A DNA stretch of 39,796 bases from the IMG/VR virus record IMGVR_UViG_3300037539_000019. One strand, written 5' to 3'. This DNA comes from a virus. Made by a program: the position numbers and the translations under genes. Positions 32,872 to 39,411 of the stretch are shown here, in pieces (within the stretch, counting starts at the first letter, position 1; each line of letters opens with the position of its first letter). The notes under the pieces are model-generated. The model worked only from the letters and a program-made list of their open reading frames with translations. It did no database searches and was not told where the DNA came from.

Positions 32872-33354
32872 TCACGCGTCTTTTGTCGGGCGGCGGCGCA
32901 GGGCTCGCAACACGGCCGCTTCTAGTGCTTCCTTGCCGCCGTAGTCGTGGCGCTGCGAATAGCTGGCGTACAGCTTGCGCAGAGGCAGCAACAGCTCTTC
33001 GATTTCATGGGCGCGCTTGGCGTCGGCCTCCAGCTTGTCGCTACGCTGTTCGGCCTCGGCGGCCTCGTCACGGACGCGCCAATCTATCCGCGCCGGCTCG
33101 TCAGACCACTGGCCTTGATAGGTGGCTTCGCCCAGCTTGCGCACCTGTTCATCTGAAAAGCTCGCGCCCCGGTAGATACCGCCGACCGCCTTGCCCTTCA
33201 GGGTTCGATATTCAAACAGCATGCGTTCGCCCAGGGCGCCGTCGACGATAACAATCACCTCGGCGCCCATCTTGCCGCTCTTCAGCAGGCGGCGGCCTGT
33301 ATACACATAATCGCGCGCGACGAACTCGGCGGCGCCTTCTTCTTTCTTGGTCAT
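32872..33354 (-). CDS. Hypothetical protein
   Basis: 160-aa ORF. Confidence 0.6.
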   Translation of the reverse strand: MTKKEEGAAEFVARDYVYTGRRLLKSGKMGAEVIVIVDGALGERMLFEYRTLKGKAVGGIYRGASFSDEQVRKLGEATYQGQWSDEPARIDWRVRDEAAEAEQRSDKLEADAKRAHEIEELLLPLRKLYASYSQRHDYGGKEALEAAVLRALRRRPTKDA

Positions 33355-33369
33355 CGGTGCGGGTTCCTT

Positions 33370-33615
33370 TCAGTTCGGGCGGTCGTCCGGGTTCTCTAGC
33401 TCCCAAAAAGCCCAGATCGTCGCGCGGGCCAATTGGTTATGCGTGGCCAAATCCAGCTCGCCACGGCCGCGCGCATAACACAGCTCGACCAGGGCTTCGA
33501 CGTGCAAGTCGTCGGCCTCTTTCAAGGTCGGCGCGGCGCGCATCGCTTCAATGCGGGCCGCTGCCTGGCGGCGCGCTTCGGCCAGCACGTCAGGGCTTGG
33601 GGTCTGCTCGATCAT
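33370..33615 (-). CDS. Hypothetical small protein
   Basis: 81-aa ORF. Confidence 0.55.
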   Translation of the reverse strand: MIEQTPSPDVLAEARRQAAARIEAMRAAPTLKEADDLHVEALVELCYARGRGELDLATHNQLARATIWAFWELENPDDRPN

Positions 33616-33627
33616 GGGGCGGGTTCC

Positions 33628-33909
33628 TCAGTGCGTCACGTCGATGGCGAACACCTCGACCGGATCGGGGCCGAAGTGCGGGTGTGTGATGGTCGTCAGC
33701 CGGCAGCCCTTCCAGGGCAACACAAGGCGCCGGGCGCTGTCGCCGCGCTTCGGATAACCGCGCGTCAGCTCGATACGGTCGAAGCGCTGCCCCTCCAGCC
33801 GGCGCCGCCAGTAGGGCGTCACCTGGCGGAACTCTTCGGGCTTGGTGCCCGCCTTGATCGCGTCGAAATACTCGCCCTTCAGGGCCAGGGTTAGGGTTCG
33901 CATATTCAC
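33628..33909 (-). CDS. ASCH-domain-like protein
   Basis: 93 aa. TLALKGEYFDAIKAGTKPEEFR...YW resembles the ASCH/PUA-like pattern. Confidence 0.6.
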   Translation of the reverse strand: MNMRTLTLALKGEYFDAIKAGTKPEEFRQVTPYWRRRLEGQRFDRIELTRGYPKRGDSARRLVLPWKGCRLTTITHPHFGPDPVEVFAIDVTH

Positions 33910-35234
33910 CCCCGATAGTCCGTCGACAGGCCCGCGTCGCGCAGGCGCTGCTCAAACACCTTGAGCGCCGCCATTGAGCCGTTGCGCTCTCTTTCGAGCA
34001 ATTCGTTTTCGCTGCGCAGCCGTTCCGCTTCGCGGCGAGCATCGGCGGCGCGCTGCATATCAGCATTGGCCACGCGCACCGTTTCGCGCACGCGATGCAG
34101 AGCGTCCAGGCAGACGACCACCGGGCCACGCTCAGCCAGCAAGGCCGCCATATCCTCGGGCAGTTGCTCGACGCCCTGCCATTGGCCGTCGACCTGATCG
34201 GCGCCAATCGCGCGCAAGGCGCGCTCGGCAGCCTCGGCGCGGGCCTGCCACTGGCGGGCCTCCCGCTCGGCCGCTTGCTGCTCGCGCTGCGCGTGCCGCT
34301 TGCCGGCCTCGGCGTTCCAGCGCATAGAGGCCAGTGGGCGGGCTTCGGCCGGGCGCCAGTCGGCACCAGGCGCGATCTTGCGCAGCAAAGCCAACTGCTC
34401 GGCGGCTGCGTCGCCGGTGGGGTTGTTGTGTTCGTTGAACAGGTCGAGGCCGTTGCGCAGAATTTTGCGCTCGGAAGCGGTCAGCATGACCGGCTTTAGC
34501 CCCTCTTTTTCCTTCAACTCGCGCAGCTTGTCGCGGCGGCGCTTCTGCCGCTCGGCACCGCTCAAGGGCTTTTTCGGCTCGGGCTGGTCGCCGAACATGG
34601 CCAGTTGTCCGTCACGCGTCACGCCTGCCAGCACGTCGACCAGCCAGGCCGGGCGCTTCTCGATCCACCGCAAATCCTCTTTCTTGATCGGCGTCAGCCC
34701 TTCGGCTGCAATCTGCGCGGCAATCTCGGCGCGCACCGCCTGTTCAAGCGTGCGGCCCATATGGTCGGTGACAGTCAGGTAAACGCCTCGGTATCCGGTC
34801 GGGCTGATAAACGGCTTATTGAAGTCCACCGCCGTCGCGTCGAAGCCCGGCGCCGAGCGCAGCCCCTGGCATTCGTATTTGACCAGCACGCGCACCCCGT
34901 CGACCTCGACCAGAAATTCGCCGTCCTGGCCCCAGTGCGGCACCTGGCCAGGCTTGGCCACATGCTGGGCATCGAGCACGCGCCCGGGGCGGGTGTCGTC
35001 GCCACGGCAGCCGAAGAACGTGCCGCCGTTCAGCTTGTAGACAATGGCGTCATGCTCAAGGGTGGTCGCCGCGCGAGCACCTTCATCGCCGGCGATGATC
35101 GCGTCGTTATAGATCGCGCGCAGGCGGCCGGCGCGGGCGTGCATCGCCTCGATGTCATCCGGCAGGCTGGCCAGCATGGCCAGGAACTCGGGCCGCTCTT
35201 CGCGCTCCAGGGGCTTGGCTTTTTTCTTCGCCAT
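33906..35234 (-). CDS. Large early protein of unknown function (globular N half, coiled-coil C half)
   Basis: The track ORF runs to 35252. The ATG at 35234 has GGAG 8 nt upstream. About 442 aa. The C-terminal 150 aa are Arg/Glu/Ala/Gln-rich heptad-like sequence. Confidence 0.65.
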   Translation of the reverse strand: MAKKKAKPLEREERPEFLAMLASLPDDIEAMHARAGRLRAIYNDAIIAGDEGARAATTLEHDAIVYKLNGGTFFGCRGDDTRPGRVLDAQHVAKPGQVPHWGQDGEFLVEVDGVRVLVKYECQGLRSAPGFDATAVDFNKPFISPTGYRGVYLTVTDHMGRTLEQAVRAEIAAQIAAEGLTPIKKEDLRWIEKRPAWLVDVLAGVTRDGQLAMFGDQPEPKKPLSGAERQKRRRDKLRELKEKEGLKPVMLTASERKILRNGLDLFNEHNNPTGDAAAEQLALLRKIAPGADWRPAEARPLASMRWNAEAGKRHAQREQQAAEREARQWQARAEAAERALRAIGADQVDGQWQGVEQLPEDMAALLAERGPVVVCLDALHRVRETVRVANADMQRAADARREAERLRSENELLERERNGSMAALKVFEQRLRDAGLSTDYRG

Positions 35235-35294
35235 CGTTCGCACTCCAGTCATGGCGCAGCCTCAATGCCAGGCCATGACTAGAATTCTACACAC

Positions 35295-35342
35295 TTAGCT
35301 AATTCGCGCAATAGCTAATTAGCATATTTGCTAACTAGCTAA
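35295..35342 (+). repeat. 8-bp-periodic box array A8 (six units: TTAGCTAA TTCGCGCA ATAGCTAA TTAGCATA TTTGCTAA CTAGCTAA)
   Basis: Longest array. Intergenic, overlapping the stop of the Rha-like gene. Confidence 0.85.
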
Positions 35343-36357
35343 GGCGTGCCGAAATGCGGGTCAGGCAAGCGTCCATGATGGCGGGCAACGCCCTGTCGGG
35401 GGCATGCAGTCTCAGCAGCTCGGTCAGGCGCTCGCTGTCCGCCAGGTCGACCACCACCGCGCCGGTCGGAACCGCCTTTAGTTGCGGCTGTCCGCCGGCG
35501 TCGATGCTCATAAGCCAGCGCTTATTGGCAACGATCAGGGCGGCCATGTTGTCGGCGATACGCTGTTCGGCCGCGTGATCCCATTGAGGCCGAACGCCGC
35601 CAGCGGCGTCCACCGCCTGCCGGCAACTGGTGAAGTAGTCCATGGCGAGGGCGCGGGCGTCACGCATAACGGGGCCGAACGAAACCGCCGGGAAGGGGCC
35701 GCCAGAAACGCCCGGCAGCGCAGCGGCCAGCCACTCGCGGAACGGCTCGGCGCGATCCTGCTGCGCCCGGCGCAGCGCATCGAGCACGGAAGGCCACGCC
35801 AGCATTTGCAGCGAACGCCCGCCAGCTTCTACGCGGGTAATCCACCCTCGATCCTGGCGGCGGGTAATGCGGTTGGCGCTGTCGAAGCCGAGAATGCGCG
35901 CCAGTACCGTCGCGCCAAACCAATAGGCGCCGTCGATTCGCGCAACTGGCAGGGCGTGGGCGCCATAGCTCAACTGGGAAAACTCGACGACGGCGGCCGG
36001 GGCCTCGACCGGCCGGGCGGCCAACTGCTCGGCCATCCAATTGAAGGCGTCGATATAGGCTTCCTTGACTCGCGCCGCCTTGGCGCCGGTGAAGCCCATC
36101 ACCAGAAAGACAAACCCGTCCTTGGTCATTTCATAGAACGGCACTTCACGCCGAACCGCCCCAGCGGCGCGGGCTTGAGCCGTGGCCGCAAAATTGCGGG
36201 CACGGAATTCGGGCGAACAGTCCAGGGTGCGGACGCGGCGCAAAACGTCGTCGTGCCGCTTTCCGAAGGCTTCGGCAACTTTCAGGGAGGTCGTGCGGGG
36301 CTGGCCGGCGACGGCGGTAACGAACTGGCGGGGGTCAAGCGTAGCAATAGCGGTCAT
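35335..36357 (-). CDS. Rha-family phage regulatory protein / antirepressor-like
   Basis: 340 aa. N terminus ...TTSLKVAEAFGKRHDDVLRRVRTL...FYEMTKDGFVFLVMGFTGAKA fits the Rha family. A second BRO/KilAC-like segment follows. Confidence 0.7.
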   Translation of the reverse strand: MTAIATLDPRQFVTAVAGQPRTTSLKVAEAFGKRHDDVLRRVRTLDCSPEFRARNFAATAQARAAGAVRREVPFYEMTKDGFVFLVMGFTGAKAARVKEAYIDAFNWMAEQLAARPVEAPAAVVEFSQLSYGAHALPVARIDGAYWFGATVLARILGFDSANRITRRQDRGWITRVEAGGRSLQMLAWPSVLDALRRAQQDRAEPFREWLAAALPGVSGGPFPAVSFGPVMRDARALAMDYFTSCRQAVDAAGGVRPQWDHAAEQRIADNMAALIVANKRWLMSIDAGGQPQLKAVPTGAVVVDLADSERLTELLRLHAPDRALPAIMDACLTRISARLS

Positions 36358-36501
36358 GGCGGAATCTCTGCGTTAGGGGAAGAACCCGCACGCCATCGAC
36401 CAAGATGGCGGGCGAAGCTGGGCGGGTTGGTCGACCGGACGCAGGGCCGGCAGGGCGTAAGCCCTCCCACCCAGCCCCACCCATAAAGGCAGAGCCGAGC
36501 T

Positions 36502-36538
36502 GCGGACACAAAAAAACCGCTATAAGCGGCGTGTCCGC
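36502..36538 (-). terminator. Terminator-like nested hairpin in the 430-bp leader upstream of the Rha-like gene
   Basis: Minus strand reads GCGGACAC-G-CCGCT-TAT-AGCGG-TTTTTTT-GTGTCCGC. The inner stem plus T7 run looks like an intrinsic terminator, and the outer 8-bp stem offers an alternative fold. Confidence 0.45.
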
Positions 36539-36721
36539 TGCGTTACCGGGCGACCAAACCCGACTGCCGATTTTGCGACAGCGGGCCGACCTTAATCCCA
36601 GCACCTTTTGACTGTCAATCAAAAGAGGCCCCCACACCCTGAAGACAGCAGGCGCAGGCATCGGATTAGCTCCGGTAATGGCCTTGGCGTAACGCCCGGC
36701 CGTGCGGCGCATTTTACACAC

Positions 36722-36753
36722 TTAGCTAATTCGCACAATAGCTAATTCGCAGC
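36722..36753 (+). repeat. 8-bp-periodic box array A9 (TTAGCTAA TTCGCACA ATAGCTAA TTCGCAGC)
   Basis: Four phased units in the divergent intergenic region. Bases 36715-36747 are 32/33 identical to 35288-35320. Confidence 0.85.
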
Positions 36754-36830
36754 AAGTCGCGACCGGAAGTTTTCGCGCGCGGCGGCACATGGCCATAATG
36801 CCCACTGGACAACCAGAGGAACCAAGCGCC

Positions 36831-37331
36831 ATGGCAATGACGAAATGCAAGGAATGCGGCACGGAAGTATCCAGCAGCGCCAAGACCTGCCCGCAATGCG
36901 GCATCAGCAACCCAGGTGTGACGGGCGGCCAGATGCTGGGCGGGCTGGTGGCCATCGTCCTGATCGGCTGGCTTGTGGTGAAGTGCTCAAGCGGCGAAGA
37001 CTCGGCGACGGCCGCCCAGCTCGACCCGGCCGCGTGCCGCGCCGACCTTCAGTGCTGGGGAGACAAGCACCTAGTCAGCGCCGGGGCCTACTGCAAGGCG
37101 CCGGTCGAGGCGCTGGCGAAGTACAGCGCCAGGTGGACGGACGGCACCTTCGAACCCAAGTTCAGCCGCTTCCGCTGGCTAAGCCAGGAACAGGGCACGC
37201 TGACATTCATCGGCGACAAGATCGAATTTCAAAACGGCTTCGGCGCATTCCAGGGCCACACCTACGAATGCGACTTCTCGCCGGCAGGCGACCGAGTGAT
37301 CGACGTGCGCGCCCAGCCGGGCAGGCTCTAA
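36831..37331 (+). CDS. Zinc-ribbon membrane protein (moron-like, opposite orientation)
   Basis: Track ORF trimmed to the ATG at 36831, which has AGAGGAA upstream. MAMTKCKECGTEVSSSAKTCPQCG zinc ribbon, TM LGGLVAIVLIGWLVV, then a Cys-containing extracytoplasmic domain. Confidence 0.6.
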   Translation: MAMTKCKECGTEVSSSAKTCPQCGISNPGVTGGQMLGGLVAIVLIGWLVVKCSSGEDSATAAQLDPAACRADLQCWGDKHLVSAGAYCKAPVEALAKYSARWTDGTFEPKFSRFRWLSQEQGTLTFIGDKIEFQNGFGAFQGHTYECDFSPAGDRVIDVRAQPGRL

Positions 37332-37349
37332 CCCCACCCACCAGAAAGC

Positions 37350-37611
37350 GGGGTTTGGGGAGCAGTGGAACCAAAAACCAACGTAAGGCTTAGCTAGAGT
37401 TCACCGCTGCCGAAAATAGGGGCGGTTATCCAGACTTTGTTTTACTGAACGACTTTTCTGCACTGCTTTTCATGCGTTTGGACGGCCTGGCGTCAGTGCC
37501 TGCCAGGGTTCGACAAAAGGATGGTTTTCCCGAACTAACCAGACGCCACAAGGGTTTGCGGGCAGGCGCTGGGCTTAAGTGCACTTTCTGTTCCGTTGCT
37601 CCCCAAACCCC
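37350..37611. other. Closed, multi-hairpin structured element (RNA, or single-strand or cruciform DNA)
   Basis: GGGGTTTGGGGAGCA-GT-GGAAC (37350-37371) pairs with GTTCC-GT-TGCTCCCCAAACCCC (37590-37611), giving 20 bp plus a 2x2 internal loop. The interior holds at least 4 local hairpins, a TTATCCAGA DnaA-box-like 9-mer (37426-37434) and an AT-rich patch. No frame has the genome-typical GC3. Confidence 0.35.
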
Positions 37612-38029
37612 AAAGCCGCCCAGGAAGGCCGACAACGCCCGACGGCCTTCCAGGCTGCCATGGTGTGGCTTTCCGCTTTTATCGCTCCAGGCGAGCGCAG
37701 AGGCGCCCAGGATCGACGAAAGAGGCAAGGCCCACCCTTGACCTGTCCGCTGGCGACGCGTAGCGGCGCGGCCGTAGGCCAGGCGCGTGAAGGCGCGAAA
37801 CGCCGACGCACGTTGGCACAGGTACGGCGCGGACTTCCTCGGCGTGCAGCAACTGGAACGGGCCGGGTTCAGGACTGCGCGCAGGTGCGGCCGCGCGGCC
37901 ACGTCCCGCCCTGGCGTAGCCAGGAAGTGCGGGCGGCAACTTTGCAGCCGGTACGGCTGCCTATAGAAAGCCACTCGGCTTGCCGAGGCATTAAAACAGG
38001 GGCTATCCCGCTGGCGGGGTAGACCTACA

Positions 38030-38300
38030 GATTCTCTTTCAGAGAAAAGGCAGAAGCACAGGGGCCACTTAAAAAATTCTAAGGACACCTAAATTTATAC
38101 CAAAACACTTAATTTCAGGCAGAACCACGGGCGCGCCCTGGCGGGAACGATCGAGGCGCTGGAATGGGCGGCGGGTGACGCTGGAAGGGGTCGGAAATGC
38201 CCCGGACGGGGCCAAGATGGCGCCGCGCGGCAAGGCGCGGCCACGGGCTAAGCCCCGCTCGATGGCAGGGCTAGAAGGCAGGGCGGGGCGTTGTAGACGG
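38030..38300. other. Candidate vegetative/plasmid origin downstream of repA
   Basis: An AT-rich stretch of about 50 bp (38068-38117) in GC-rich DNA, with CACTTAA twice. Direct repeats CGCTGGAATGGG / CGCTGGAAGGGG lie 22 bp apart (38157, 38179), and GGCAGGGC occurs twice (38264, 38277). It sits immediately 3' of the RepA-like gene, as in IncFII replicons. Confidence 0.4.
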
Positions 38301-39272
38301 CTATTCGTCTTGGCGGGATCGTTCCCACTCGGTAAAGGTGGGGAACTCGCGCATGACGCGGCGGGCGATGTCGCGCGCGGACAGGTCAGGCTGTCGCTTG
38401 GCTAGGTCGGCTTGATAGGCCAACAGCTCGGCCTGATACACGTCGCGGCCGGTGGCCTTCAGGCGGGCGGCCTGCCGGCGATTGCCCAGGGCGAAGGTCT
38501 GGACGCCGTTTTCGCCCTGGCTTCGGCGCAGGCTGTCGCGGGCGGCGGCCGCGTCCGACTTGGTCGGATGCTCGGCGCGGTAGCCGCGCCGTAGTTTCTT
38601 CAGTTGGTTCGAACAGTAGGTGCGGAAGCGCTCCAGGGCCTCGCATGAGACGGCGCCCAGGGCGATCAGGAAATGGGGGTTTACGCGCTTGATGGCAGGC
38701 CGCGCGCGCTTGCTGCCGTCGGGCTTCTCTTCGTACTGCAAATGCACGTCGATGGCGCCGGCCTTGCGCAGCCGGCGGAACGCCCGCCAGAACCTGGGCG
38801 ACGGTTCGTCGTCTTCCTCGGGGGCGGCCTTCTTCTTCAGCAGGCCAGCCACGGCGGCCAGCTCGGTGCAGCTTCTCGGGATGAAGCCGCCGTCAGGCTT
38901 CGGCACGCCAACGCGCAGCGAGGCAAATTCAGTCATCAGCAGAATGGCACGCATGACCAGCACTTCAGCGGCGCGCGCTTCCGAACGGTTCTTGCGTGGG
39001 TCGCCCGACTTGTTGCGGCGGCCGTTCAGGTTAGCCAGGCTCGGCAGGGTCGCCAGCGGGGCGTCATAGTAGAGCTTGGCCGCTTCCATCAGCTTGCGGA
39101 TGGTGTGCGGAATGCCCGCCATCCAGTCAGGATCACGGAACAAGTGAAACTCGGGCCTGTTCGGATTGTGGCCGCAGCGGTTGCCCGTGCCCAGGTTCTC
39201 CCCGGGGTACGGGTACGGCATGCGCCCCCACATAACGGAAGGCCGCCCAAGCATGGGCGTTGCGTCGGTCAT
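38301..39272 (-). CDS. repA: Plasmid-type replication initiator, IncFII RepA family-like
   Basis: 323 aa. NPNRP...IRKLMEAAKLYY, AEVLVMRAILLMTEFASLRVGV...ELAAVAGL and RFWRAFRRLRKAGAIDVHLQYEE...NPHFLIALG align by eye with remembered R100/R1 RepA blocks. Basic Arg-rich C terminus. Confidence 0.65.
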   Translation of the reverse strand: MTDATPMLGRPSVMWGRMPYPYPGENLGTGNRCGHNPNRPEFHLFRDPDWMAGIPHTIRKLMEAAKLYYDAPLATLPSLANLNGRRNKSGDPRKNRSEARAAEVLVMRAILLMTEFASLRVGVPKPDGGFIPRSCTELAAVAGLLKKKAAPEEDDEPSPRFWRAFRRLRKAGAIDVHLQYEEKPDGSKRARPAIKRVNPHFLIALGAVSCEALERFRTYCSNQLKKLRRGYRAEHPTKSDAAAARDSLRRSQGENGVQTFALGNRRQAARLKATGRDVYQAELLAYQADLAKRQPDLSARDIARRVMREFPTFTEWERSRQDE

Positions 39273-39310
39273 CAGCGTCTTTCCCTGCTAAGCAACGGGC
39301 TTGCTTAGAA

Positions 39311-39411
39311 GGTGACCGGCCGCTAAACTCTGACCTTGTCGCTGGTCGCAGAGCTTTAGCTTCTACGGTCACCGAAAACCCTGGGGTTGGCGCCCCGGGG
39401 TTTTCTTTTTT
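39311..39411 (+). ncRNA. Candidate antisense (CopA-like) RNA opposite the repA leader
   Basis: A 63-nt imperfect stem-loop (GGTGACCG...CGGTCACC, 39311-39373) is followed by a strong plus-strand intrinsic terminator (AAAACCCTGGGG-TTGGCG-CCCCGGGGTTTT then CTTTTTT, 39375-39411). No plus-strand gene ends here. A possible promoter is TTGCTT-17-TAAACT at 39301-39329. Confidence 0.35.

Noticed and set aside
1870-34366. Many long plus-strand (and some minus-strand) ORFs in the track that lie antisense to or out of frame with the genes called. Examples are 1870..2517, 3091..4428, 5479..6684, 8279..9355, 11408..12740, 13412..14455, 14748..16433, 15956..17251, 18156..20123, 20675..21655, 31253..32125 and 33590..34366.
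   Set aside because: In GC-rich DNA, stop codons are rare in non-coding frames. These translations are Arg/Gly/Pro/Ala-rich with no domain-like sequence. Their third-codon positions do not carry the GC bias seen in the overlapping frame, which has recognisable phage proteins.
4897-34625. The 14-mer CGTGACGCGTGACG at 4897 and 27792, its reverse complement at 34612, and related GTGACGCGTCAC at 30631.
   Set aside because: Two copies lie inside coding sequence, where both encode V-T-R-D with preferred codons. The motif is GC-rich and low-complexity and has no consistent position relative to genes. It may be chance plus codon bias, so it is left as a note.
36335-36721. 128-aa minus-strand ORF filling the Rha upstream gap.
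   Set aside because: The composition is not protein-like. It overlaps the Rha start and spans the hairpins, so it is treated as leader sequence.
37500-37540. GGTTCGA, a T-loop-like motif suggesting a tRNA or a tRNA-derived attP.
   Set aside because: No 5-bp T-stem closes the loop and no acceptor, D or anticodon arms can be drawn. No tRNA-like cloverleaf was seen anywhere in the window.
37426-38088. ORFs of 220, 147, 89, 86 and 78 aa covering the region between the zinc-ribbon gene and repA.
   Set aside because: The sequences are Arg/Ser/Cys/Pro-rich, no ribosome-binding sites are present, and GC3 is near the bulk GC content in every frame. The region is treated as non-coding and structured DNA.
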